A DNA stretch of 64,000 bases from positions 2,035 to 66,034 of the forward strand of contig JAZRXC010000037.1 in the NCBI GenBank assembly GCA_045600025.1, read 5' to 3'. The notes under the pieces were generated by a model. The model made no database searches. It was given only the letters and a program-made list of their open reading frames with translations, and was not told the DNA's origin. This stretch comes from Lachnospiraceae bacterium. GTDB taxonomy: Bacteria; Bacillota; Clostridia; Lachnospirales; Lachnospiraceae. Shown in pieces: positions 8,130-16,977 of this stretch. Every line of letters starts with the position of its first letter. Position 1 is the first letter of the stretch. Position numbers and translations under genes: made by a program.

Positions 8130-9275
8130 ATGGATTTAAACAAACTTACAAATCTTATGAATGATCTTCACACCGAGTACCATATACCCGGTGTGGATAT
8201 TATTGTGCTTCAGGATCATAAGGAAATATTCAGGTATTATACCGGATATTCCGATAAGGAAGAGAAGATTCCCATGAACGGAACGGAGCTTAACAATCTC
8301 TATTCCGCTTCCAAGATTATCACCGTTACTGCGGCGATGATGCTCGTTGAGCAGGGCAAGCTTCTTCTTGACGATAAGCTTTCGGATTTCATACCGGAAT
8401 ATGCTAACGTAGGAGTTCATCTTGCGCTTCCTAACAGCGCAGTTATTGAACCCGCCAAGAATCCGATTCTGATTAAGCATCTTTTTACTATGACGGCAGG
8501 CTTCAATTATTTGAAAACTCCTGTTATCGAGGATGTGATTAAGCGCACCGACGGCAAGGCGCCGACGCTTGAAGTGATTAAGGCATTGGCGGATCAGCCT
8601 CTGGATTTTGAGCCCGGCACAAGGTGGCAGTACAGCCTCTGCCATGACGTTCTGGCAGCGGTGGTAGAAGTGGTAAGCGGTATGAAGTTCAGGGATTTCG
8701 TGCAGAAGAACATATTTGACCCGCTTGAGATGAAGAACTCTACTTATGAGAGAACACCTGAAGTTGAAGCACGTATGATGCAGCAGTACCGCAGGACGCC
8801 GGAAGGTGAATTTGTCCCGATCGGACGCCTGACATGCAATTATGTTTTCGGAACGGAATATGATTCCGGCGGAGCGGGAGCTATTTCTTCAACTGAGGAT
8901 TATGTAAAGTTCCTTGATGCGCTTGCTAATGATGGTATAGCCGCAAATGGTTACAGGCTGCTGTCCAGAAGCTCTATCGAGCTTATGCGTCAGGATTTCC
9001 TCGATGATGTTCAGTATGAGGATTATAAGCTCCAGGTAAGGGGCAGCCGTGATTCGGGATACGGACTCGGTGTGAGAACTAATGTGGATCCTGCGGACGG
9101 CATGACCCTTGCGCCCTACGGCGAATTCGGATGGTCAGGCGCAGCAGGAGACTACGCTATGATAGATCCTGAGAACCGCATTGCGTTGTTTTATGTTCAG
9201 CACGTAATGGACGCAAGCGTACCGATTAAGATGAGCAAGAGAATCACAAATGTGTTCTATGCATGCTTAGATTGA
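8130..9275 (+). CDS. serine hydrolase, beta-lactamase/family VIII esterase-like
   Basis: 381 aa with no signal peptide. SxxK nucleophile motif (YSASKIIT) and a distal GWSGAAG (WxG) block. The ATG lies 1 nt after the upstream stop, indicating translational coupling. Confidence 0.75.
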   Translation: MDLNKLTNLMNDLHTEYHIPGVDIIVLQDHKEIFRYYTGYSDKEEKIPMNGTELNNLYSASKIITVTAAMMLVEQGKLLLDDKLSDFIPEYANVGVHLALPNSAVIEPAKNPILIKHLFTMTAGFNYLKTPVIEDVIKRTDGKAPTLEVIKALADQPLDFEPGTRWQYSLCHDVLAAVVEVVSGMKFRDFVQKNIFDPLEMKNSTYERTPEVEARMMQQYRRTPEGEFVPIGRLTCNYVFGTEYDSGGAGAISSTEDYVKFLDALANDGIAANGYRLLSRSSIELMRQDFLDDVQYEDYKLQVRGSRDSGYGLGVRTNVDPADGMTLAPYGEFGWSGAAGDYAMIDPENRIALFYVQHVMDASVPIKMSKRITNVFYACLD

Positions 9276-9291
9276 TTGCGTGATATTTACA

Positions 9292-9324
9292 CAGGCCGAC
9301 AGATAATTCTGCCGGCCTGTTTTT
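9292..9324 (+). terminator. rho-independent terminator after the serine hydrolase gene
   Basis: CAGGCCGACAGA-TAAT-TCTGCCGGCCTG hairpin followed by TTTTT. Confidence 0.75.
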
Positions 9325-9338
9325 ATTTGCGGGAGTTA

Positions 9339-10643
9339 TCAGATACTATCTGCTGCGGACTTCGCAGCGCCGACAGCAGCTTCTTCTTCGAATTCGGATA
9401 ACTTTAGCGGCGCGCTGAACATCTCGCTGAATATATCGCAGAGGATGGGATTCCTGCGCATGCCATTTCCGGAAGCAACCAACTTTTCAGCTTTAATACC
9501 GGTGCCTTCGAGAATCAGCTCATAGAAGTCGAACAGTTCACGAGCCATTCCCGTAAGCACTCCGTAGCACAGCGCAGCCGGAGTGAAGTTTTCCTCAGTC
9601 AGATTATTAATGCACCCCTTCTCATCCGGATTAATTCTGGTGCCGCTGAAGGTGGTCTTTACATCAGGGATGGAAGTAAGCTTCTTGCCTTCTTGCGCAA
9701 GTACGCCGAGCAGCTCATAGCAAGCTTTGTCGTCCTGGTCTGACGAGATTAAAACTTTTCTGATGAACTTTTCAAATATCGCATAAGCTCTGCCGCCACA
9801 CAGGCAGGAGCCGGACAGAAGATAAGAATCGCCGAGGAAGGGCCTTGCCTCGATGCCGGGGGCAGTGAAATATGATTTTGAAAGAATTGATATCTGACCG
9901 CCCGTTCCCATATTAACAAGAGCAGTGTTCTCACATGCACCGACTGAACCGTAGAAAGCGGCTTGATTATCTCCGAGGGCAACTGTTACCGGAATGCCGC
10001 GATAAGTTCCTAAGGTATCTATATTGCCGGTGACATCGGGCAGGATCGAAAGATCAACGCCGGCAGCGGTCAGTATATTCTCATAAAAACAGAAATTCGA
10101 TGCATCATATAAGCCGAGGCTTGCAGCCATCTGTCTGTGGATGAGAGGGCAGATGCGTCCGGTCAAAGCCATTCCGAGAAGATCCGGCACGGTGCACAGC
10201 TTATGCGCATTTTTCGGAACGAGCCCGTTTTTAATATTGTAGATATGTGTAATGAGACCATATCCGGAAAAAGCAGATACCCCTGAAGAGGTTAATTCTT
10301 CAACTACCGAAAGGTCGCCGTTATTTTTAACTACGCCGCGCTGATCCTGCCAGGTAAAAAGAGGGCTCACGGCATTTCCTTCCTTATCAGTGTATACGAT
10401 GCCGTGCATCTGGCCGGTAAGACCTATGGCAGCCGTATCAGGATATTCGTCAAGCAAACTATCCAAAAGGGCAGTTGCTATTTTCAATATCTTTTCAGGT
10501 GACTGAATTTTCTCCCATGGATTATCGGAAAGCTCAAATCCGGGGCTGAGTACATTTGCCGCTTTTATAACACAATTAAGACCTGAGTCAAATACGACTC
10601 CGCTTATAGTAGTTGTACCGATGTCAATACCAATTGCTTTCAT
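9339..10643 (-). CDS. FGGY-family carbohydrate kinase (sedoheptulokinase/xylulokinase-like)
   Basis: The ORF track gives 9339-10673. I prefer the ATG at 10643 (MKAIGIDIGTTT), which is preceded by GGAG and lies just after the ROK gene stop. GDNQAAF and GTGGQ blocks of FGGY kinases are present. Confidence 0.7.
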   Translation of the reverse strand: MKAIGIDIGTTTISGVVFDSGLNCVIKAANVLSPGFELSDNPWEKIQSPEKILKIATALLDSLLDEYPDTAAIGLTGQMHGIVYTDKEGNAVSPLFTWQDQRGVVKNNGDLSVVEELTSSGVSAFSGYGLITHIYNIKNGLVPKNAHKLCTVPDLLGMALTGRICPLIHRQMAASLGLYDASNFCFYENILTAAGVDLSILPDVTGNIDTLGTYRGIPVTVALGDNQAAFYGSVGACENTALVNMGTGGQISILSKSYFTAPGIEARPFLGDSYLLSGSCLCGGRAYAIFEKFIRKVLISSDQDDKACYELLGVLAQEGKKLTSIPDVKTTFSGTRINPDEKGCINNLTEENFTPAALCYGVLTGMARELFDFYELILEGTGIKAEKLVASGNGMRRNPILCDIFSEMFSAPLKLSEFEEEAAVGAAKSAADSI

Positions 10644-10653
10644 TACATTCTCC

Positions 10654-11784
10654 TTAAACTTCGCTTGAATCAATAAAACTTTTTACAAGGGTCAATCCCG
10701 CGCCACGCGCAACGGAAAAAGCATTTTCTTTACTGCGTAATATGTGTGTTTCTCCGATTTTAAAAGGATGCTGCTCATTGCAGTTTTGACAGAGTAATTC
10801 AATTTCTTCATCGCTGATGTGTTCGGCTATATAGCCGCCTATGATAAAGTCATAATCAAACAGTATACGAAGATCGCTGAACAGAAGCGCAATATCGGTG
10901 AGAAACTTATTCCAGATCATTTGACAACGAATATTTCCGGTACGTTCTTCCAAGAATTGTTCAATGGGCATGTCGGAAATATTGCTGAGGGATTTACCCG
11001 AGAGATAGGACTCGGCGCATCCGTTCTTGCCGCAATAACACTGGATGCCATCGGGATGAATGGTAACATGCTCAATCGCGTTACTCATACCGCCTTTACC
11101 TGTAAGGATGTGCCTGCCGACTATGACAGCTCCTCCGACATTGTTGGTAAGGCGAATCAGTATCGCATTGTCAATTTCGGGATTATCCCACAGTTCGGCA
11201 AGTGCCGCGGCATCGATATCATGCATTAATTTGCAAGGATATGGAAAGTCAGGAAAGAAGTCATCAACAGTAAGACCCTGGTTGTCACTTATTTTTCCGT
11301 AGGTTATTTCAGCGGCATCAGAGGATACAAGACCCTGCAGCCCGATTGCGACACCGAGCAGCTGATCTTTAGATGTGGAAACCTTGCGGATGAAATCTTC
11401 AACATTCTTACGCATTGTGGCGCGATAGCTTTCACTGCGCTCATAGGGGATATCATATTTTATGCTGTCAATGATATCACCAAATAAATCAACAGCAGTA
11501 ATAAGATAGTAGTACTCCTGCATGTCTATGCCTATGGCAATTTTGAATTCGTTACAAAATCGGTAGCGGATAGCTTTTCTGCCGCCTGTTGAATCGCACA
11601 CACCGTCATATGTAATGATGCCTATTTTTAATAGCTCATTAAGGTTCTGCGTTACGGTAGGAAGACTCATCAGAAGATCATATTCAAGGTCGCGTTTAGA
11701 GACGGATTTCTTGTGGTAGATGTCCATCAAAACTTTTCTGCGATTTGATATTCGAAGTTCTTTAGAAGTTAATGCGGTACTCAT
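10654..11784 (-). CDS. ROK-family transcriptional regulator (N-terminal wHTH plus sugar-kinase-like domain)
   Basis: 376 aa. N-terminal RISNRRKVLMDIYHKKSVSKRDLEYDLLMSLPTVTQNLNEL winged-helix. CYCGKNGCAESY zinc motif typical of ROK proteins. Confidence 0.8.
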   Translation of the reverse strand: MSTALTSKELRISNRRKVLMDIYHKKSVSKRDLEYDLLMSLPTVTQNLNELLKIGIITYDGVCDSTGGRKAIRYRFCNEFKIAIGIDMQEYYYLITAVDLFGDIIDSIKYDIPYERSESYRATMRKNVEDFIRKVSTSKDQLLGVAIGLQGLVSSDAAEITYGKISDNQGLTVDDFFPDFPYPCKLMHDIDAAALAELWDNPEIDNAILIRLTNNVGGAVIVGRHILTGKGGMSNAIEHVTIHPDGIQCYCGKNGCAESYLSGKSLSNISDMPIEQFLEERTGNIRCQMIWNKFLTDIALLFSDLRILFDYDFIIGGYIAEHISDEEIELLCQNCNEQHPFKIGETHILRSKENAFSVARGAGLTLVKSFIDSSEV

Positions 11785-11879
11785 AACATACCCCTCAAAA
11801 TCAGGTTTTATAAAATTGTACCATCAACTTTTATAAAAGTAAATAACAAAAATTTTTTGTATGTTGAACCTAAAAAATA

Positions 11880-11908
11880 TTGACTTTATTTAACAATTGC
11901 ACTAACAT
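11880..11908 (+). promoter_or_regulatory. candidate sigma-A promoter of the importer/oxidoreductase operon
   Basis: TTGACT (11880-11885), 17-nt spacer, TAACAT (11903-11908), about 90 nt upstream of the 11999 start. Confidence 0.4.
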
Positions 11909-11998
11909 ATGAATTAATTATTAGTCAAAGATTAGATTGCGAAAAAATCGGCTCAACGAAAGTCGTTTTTGATAAAACAATAGAAAGGAGGCACTGCA

Positions 11999-12934
11999 TT
12001 GCCGGCAACTAAGAAACACAAGTTTTTAGTATATTTTAAGCAGCACTGGGCATTATATGCAATGCTTATCCCGGGACTTGTTTTCCTGTTTGCTTATAAG
12101 CTGCTCCCTCTGTGGGGTCTGCAGATAGCATTCAAGGATTATAAGGTATTTAATGCAGCTGATCCGTGGGCGGCAATAACCGCCAGCGATTGGATTGGTT
12201 TTGACCATTTCAAGAGGCTGTTCGCAAGTTCACAGTTCATAAAGGTTCTTGTCAATACACTTGAGATTAACTTTATGAAGATACTGTGGCTGTTCCCGAT
12301 CCCCATTATTTTTGCAATTCTCCTTAATGAGATTCGTCTTAAGTTATACAAGAAGATTGCACAGACCATGATTTATGTTCCTTATTTCTTCTCATGGATC
12401 CTGGTATTCGGTGTATTCTATTCACTTCTCGGATCTTTCGGAGTTATCAATTCGTTCCTGTCGGAGATCGGTCTTGATAAGATTAACTTCTTTACAGACC
12501 AGAGCGTATTCCGAGGAGTGCTGGTATTTACGGAAGGATGGAAGGAGGTCGGATACAATACCGTCATCTATCTGGGTGCAATTACCGGTATTGATCTGAC
12601 ACTGTATGAGGCGGCAAGAGTAGACGGAGCTAACAAGTTCGCTCAGATTTGGTACATCACGCTGCCCGGATTGCTTCCTACTATAGTACTGATGCTCATT
12701 ATGAAGATCGGATACATTCTGACAACAGGTTTTGAGCAGATTTTGGTATTCTACAGCCCGTCGGTTTACGACGTTGCGGATATCATCGAGACGTACGTAT
12801 ATCGTATAGGTTTAGGAAAGGCAGACTTCTCGCTGGCGACTGCGCTGGGACTGTTTAACGCTGTGGTGGCATTTATCCTGATTGTAGGTGCAAATGCTAT
12901 CAGTAAGAAGACAGTTCAGAGAAGTATCTGGTAA
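11999..12934 (+). CDS. CUT1 sugar ABC transporter permease (LplB/MalF-like)
   Basis: 311 aa with a TTG start 7 nt after AGGAGG. Multi-TM. EAA loop YEAARVDGANKFAQIWYITLP. Confidence 0.8.
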   Translation: MPATKKHKFLVYFKQHWALYAMLIPGLVFLFAYKLLPLWGLQIAFKDYKVFNAADPWAAITASDWIGFDHFKRLFASSQFIKVLVNTLEINFMKILWLFPIPIIFAILLNEIRLKLYKKIAQTMIYVPYFFSWILVFGVFYSLLGSFGVINSFLSEIGLDKINFFTDQSVFRGVLVFTEGWKEVGYNTVIYLGAITGIDLTLYEAARVDGANKFAQIWYITLPGLLPTIVLMLIMKIGYILTTGFEQILVFYSPSVYDVADIIETYVYRIGLGKADFSLATALGLFNAVVAFILIVGANAISKKTVQRSIW

Positions 12935-12943
12935 GGAGGAGCT

Positions 12944-13840
12944 ATGAGTAAGAAAAAATCAAAAGGCATCGCCTATGATGCTTCCGAAAAATTCGTAGCC
13001 GGACTTGCCTATGTGGTAATGGGTATTGCAACACTTGTCTGCATACTTCCCTGCCTTCACATTATCAGTAAGTCAGTCAGCCTCGGAACCTATGTTACAC
13101 AGGGTGCTATTACATTCTTCCCCAAGGGCTTCCAGACTGAATCAATAATGTACATTCTTACGAAGACGGATTTCTTTAATTCTTTGAAGAACTCACTTAT
13201 AGTAACCGGTTTTGGTACTGCTATAGCACTGTTCACCAGTATTACTACAGCATACCCGCTTTCAAAGACGGACTTCAAAGGAAGAAAAGTAATCACACTG
13301 CTTTACGTATTCAGTATGGTATTCTTCGGCGGAATGATTCCTGCATACATGGTTATCAAGATGCTTGGCATCTATGATACATATGCAGCATGTATTCTTC
13401 CTTATGCAATAGTACAGTTCAACATGTTCATCGTTAAGAACTACTTTGAAGGTCTTCCTGAGACAGTTGAAGAGTCAGCCCGTATTGATGGCGCAGGCGA
13501 TATCAGGACACTTGCTTCTATCGTATGTCCTATGTCCACACCTGTTATTGCAACCGTCGGACTGCTTTATGCTATTACATACTGGAACAACTACTTCCAC
13601 GCGATGATGTACACCAACTCACCATCCATGAAGACCCTTCAGGTTTATCTGTACGACCTTATCAACCAGGGCGGCGGATATCTTGAGAATCTTACCGGCG
13701 GAACTCTGACGCCTAACATTACAACAGAAGGACTTATTGCAGCGGCTGTTACGCTTTCAATCATCCCGATCATTCTGCTGTATCCGTTAGTTCAGAAGTT
13801 CTTAATCAAGGGAATTACTATCGGCTCAGTTAAGGGCTGA
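12944..13840 (+). CDS. CUT1 sugar ABC transporter permease (LplC/MalG-like)
   Basis: 298 aa. Multi-TM. EAA loop EESARIDGAGDIRTLASIVCP. Confidence 0.8.
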   Translation: MSKKKSKGIAYDASEKFVAGLAYVVMGIATLVCILPCLHIISKSVSLGTYVTQGAITFFPKGFQTESIMYILTKTDFFNSLKNSLIVTGFGTAIALFTSITTAYPLSKTDFKGRKVITLLYVFSMVFFGGMIPAYMVIKMLGIYDTYAACILPYAIVQFNMFIVKNYFEGLPETVEESARIDGAGDIRTLASIVCPMSTPVIATVGLLYAITYWNNYFHAMMYTNSPSMKTLQVYLYDLINQGGGYLENLTGGTLTPNITTEGLIAAAVTLSIIPIILLYPLVQKFLIKGITIGSVKG

Positions 13841-13868
13841 ATAAGTATATATTTGAAAGGAGAAAGAT

Positions 13869-15437
13869 ATGAAAAAAGTTTTGTCAATCCTTCTTTGCAT
13901 CGTTATGGTACTTGGTATCGTAGCATGCGGCGGTGGCAATGATACTCCCACACAGCCTACGACTCAGGGAAATCAGCCTACCACACAAGGACAGGCACAG
14001 GTTCCTGAAATCAAAGGACCGGGCAATGTAACCCTTAAGAGATTAGGTTACAACGTAGCGTTTGATCCCAACACCGATATCAACGCTGGCATTCTTGAAG
14101 AAGTTACCGGATACAAGGTAGAGTATTCAATGCTTCCTTCTGAGAACGCTGATGAGAAGCTCCTTATGGAAGCTTCCAGCGGAGTTTACGATGCAATCAA
14201 CGTAAGCCCTAACCAGTTCAGAACCCTCGTAGACCAGGGCGCTTGCATGCCTCTTGATGACCTGCTTGAAGCTTATGGTAAGGATATGTTAGCCGGAAAC
14301 AAGGATGCCATCTGGGATGCTCTTAGAGCAGCTGATGGACACATCTATGGTGTTCCTTACATGTATCCTCATTCACACGAAATCGCTACATTCATGGTTT
14401 GCCGTAAGGACCTCATGACTGCAGCCGGCATCACTGCTATGCCTACTACCGTTGATGAGCTCTATGAAGACCTCAAGACCCTCAAAGCTTTCTATGGCAA
14501 TGAGTACATCCTCTTCTCAGGTCCTTTCGTAGCTGCATCAGAAGGTAGCTTACAGTGGATGATCCCTACCAACATCGCTTGCGCATTCGGTATCTACAAT
14601 GACTGGATGGTAGACGATCAGGGTAAGGTTTACTACATCACCGAAGCTCCCGGCTTCCAGGCTATGATTGAGTACTTCCAGAAGCTTTACAACGAAGGCC
14701 TCATCGATCCTGACTGGGCAGTTAACAACGAGTCTACTCTTAAAGAGAAGTTCTCATCAGGTAAGACCATCATCTGCGCAGCTAACAGAGCCCTTCCGGA
14801 TTTCTGCTCAGCAGCTCTTATTGAGAACGTAGGTATTGAGTGGGATGACCTTGACTACATCGGAGCTCTTAAGGGAGCTGATGGTACTTGCAAGTACATG
14901 TCAACCGAGAACCTCAACCATGTAACCGTTATTCCGAAGACTTCTGAGAACGCAGCTGATGTTATCAACTGGCTCAACATCAGAGTTCAGAACCAGCTTT
15001 ACATCACCATCGGTCAGGAAGGCGTTCACTTCAACTACGATGCTAAGGGCGAGATCGATCCTATCAACCCTATCTTCGCAGAAGAGAGAGGTAACTCTTA
15101 CTACTACATGGATTGCACCAACCAGGAAGAGTTCGAGTTTGAGTGGCCTTCACGTGTTCGTAAGTCTGCAGGACAGTGGCATGCATTCTCAAGAGTTACC
15201 ATGAATGCTGATCAGAGCGTATTCGTACAGAATGACTTCGCATTCATGCCCGCTAAGGAGAACTACACCAAGTACAACACTGCACTGTTCAATGACCTTC
15301 AGGACTTCATGCTTCAGGTTATGTCAGGTACCAGAACATTTGCTGACCTTCCTACTTTCCAGGCAGACTGGAAGAACAACGGCGGCGAAGAAGTTCGTGC
15401 TGACCTCCAGACTTGGTATGACGAGTTCTACAAGTAA
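13869..15437 (+). CDS. extracellular solute-binding lipoprotein, large LplA-type (CUT1)
   Basis: 522 aa. Signal peptide with lipobox GIVAC followed by a Thr/Gln/Pro-rich linker. Size and position are typical of LplA-like oligosaccharide binding proteins. Confidence 0.75.
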   Translation: MKKVLSILLCIVMVLGIVACGGGNDTPTQPTTQGNQPTTQGQAQVPEIKGPGNVTLKRLGYNVAFDPNTDINAGILEEVTGYKVEYSMLPSENADEKLLMEASSGVYDAINVSPNQFRTLVDQGACMPLDDLLEAYGKDMLAGNKDAIWDALRAADGHIYGVPYMYPHSHEIATFMVCRKDLMTAAGITAMPTTVDELYEDLKTLKAFYGNEYILFSGPFVAASEGSLQWMIPTNIACAFGIYNDWMVDDQGKVYYITEAPGFQAMIEYFQKLYNEGLIDPDWAVNNESTLKEKFSSGKTIICAANRALPDFCSAALIENVGIEWDDLDYIGALKGADGTCKYMSTENLNHVTVIPKTSENAADVINWLNIRVQNQLYITIGQEGVHFNYDAKGEIDPINPIFAEERGNSYYYMDCTNQEEFEFEWPSRVRKSAGQWHAFSRVTMNADQSVFVQNDFAFMPAKENYTKYNTALFNDLQDFMLQVMSGTRTFADLPTFQADWKNNGGEEVRADLQTWYDEFYK

Positions 15438-15482
15438 TTGAATATCCAGATGAAATAATCATTGATTGATCATTTCAATAAC

Positions 15483-15507
15483 GGGGCGGAATCACTGATT
15501 CCGCCCC
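15483..15507 (+). other. GC-rich intercistronic hairpin after the binding-protein gene (no T-tract)
   Basis: GGGGCGGAATC-ACT-GATTCCGCCCC. Position and form fit the mRNA-stabilising or attenuating hairpins commonly found after ABC binding-protein genes. Confidence 0.5.
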
Positions 15508-15581
15508 AACCTAAAAGAGAAGAATTTATAAAAATAATAAATAATTTACAGGCATAAAAAGTTATGCCGGAAGGAGTAATC

Positions 15582-16949
15582 ATGTCCGTGACATACACAC
15601 AGGAGTTACCGGTGCTATATGATGCCGATGTACTCGTTATCGGAGCCGGCCCTGCAGGCATAGGTGCTGCCATATCCGCAGCAAGAAACGGTGCAAATAC
15701 CGTAGTATTTGATATTCACGGATGCGTGGGCGGAATGGCCACTATCGGTCTGATAGGTCCGTTCATGACAAGCTATGATGCATCATGCAAGAACATGATC
15801 ATCAGAGGTATTTTTGAAGAATTGGAAAATAAGATGATAGCAGTTGGCAAAGCCGTTGATCCCGCAACAGTCAGGAACGAGGGCAGATATGCCAGCTTCT
15901 TTCATATTGGACATAATAACGTAGGACCTTTTGACAGACAGTATCTTAAGCTTTTTGCTACAAGACTGATAATCGAATCCGGAGCCAAGCTCCTGCTTCA
16001 CACTCAGTTCATAGATGTTCTGAAGGAAGGCAATAAGATCACCGGTGTTGTTGTTGCAAACAAAGACGGCATGGGAGTGATTAAAGCAAAGCAGTTCGTT
16101 GACTGCACAGGCGATGCTGATGTAGCTGCAAAAGCCGGTGTTAATTACGAACTCGGCGATTCAATAACAGGTAATATGCAGCCCATGAGTATGTTCCTCA
16201 GAGTATCTCATGTTGACTCACAGCAGGTTGAAAAGGAAATGCGCGAGCATTCCGCAGAAATCAGACCTTTCTTCGGACCGTACAGCTGGCTGATTAAGGA
16301 AAAGGCTGAAGATTGGGGAGATTTCCCGAGAGGAGAGGTATGCGTATTCGGCGATGTTGAGGAGGATGAATTCAGACTCAACGTAACCAGAATACTGAAT
16401 GCCGACGGCACCAAGACAGAAGACCTCACAAGAGCGGAGATCGAAGGACTTGAGCAGGCACACAGAGTATTCAACTTCATGAAGAAGAACGCAAAGGGCT
16501 TTGAAAATGCCCGCCTTGCTGAGATCGCAGACACTATCGGTATCCGCGAGACAAGACATATCGAGGGCGAATACAGACTCTCAGGTGATGAGGTCGCTAA
16601 CTGCGTAGTTCAGCCTGATGCAATCGCATGTATGGCAACAAATATGGATAATCACAACCTTAATGATCCGGGCGGATCACTGATGCCTCCTACAAAGGGA
16701 GAGTATTTCGGCGTTCCTTACCTGTGCCTTGTAGCCAAGGGCGTTGATAACCTGTTGGTAGCAGGACGTGCTATTTCCGCAGATCCTATAGCAGCATCGG
16801 CAACACGTATGATGCCTTGCTGTATGGCATTCGGCCAGGCCGCCGGAACTGCCGCAGCAATAGCTTTTAAGAATAATCAGAAGCCGAAGGAAGTAGACGT
16901 TCAGGTACTCAGACAGACACTGAAAGATCAAGGCGCATTTGTAGGCTGA
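15582..16949 (+). CDS. FAD-dependent oxidoreductase, short form; paralog 3 of 7
   Basis: The ORF track starts at 15564. The ATG at 15582 follows GGAAGGAG. Motifs VLVIGAGPAGIGAAI, VGGMAT, VDCTGDADVA, IRETRHIEGEY, VPYLC, LLVAGRAIS, FGQAAGTAA. Confidence 0.8.
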   Translation: MSVTYTQELPVLYDADVLVIGAGPAGIGAAISAARNGANTVVFDIHGCVGGMATIGLIGPFMTSYDASCKNMIIRGIFEELENKMIAVGKAVDPATVRNEGRYASFFHIGHNNVGPFDRQYLKLFATRLIIESGAKLLLHTQFIDVLKEGNKITGVVVANKDGMGVIKAKQFVDCTGDADVAAKAGVNYELGDSITGNMQPMSMFLRVSHVDSQQVEKEMREHSAEIRPFFGPYSWLIKEKAEDWGDFPRGEVCVFGDVEEDEFRLNVTRILNADGTKTEDLTRAEIEGLEQAHRVFNFMKKNAKGFENARLAEIADTIGIRETRHIEGEYRLSGDEVANCVVQPDAIACMATNMDNHNLNDPGGSLMPPTKGEYFGVPYLCLVAKGVDNLLVAGRAISADPIAASATRMMPCCMAFGQAAGTAAAIAFKNNQKPKEVDVQVLRQTLKDQGAFVG

Positions 16950-16977
16950 TAAATTAAAGATAAGAGGCATTTTGGAG

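Noticed and set aside
8136-8645. 169-aa antisense ORF inside the serine hydrolase gene
   Set aside because: No motif or RBS. The sense frame carries the SxxK hydrolase signature.
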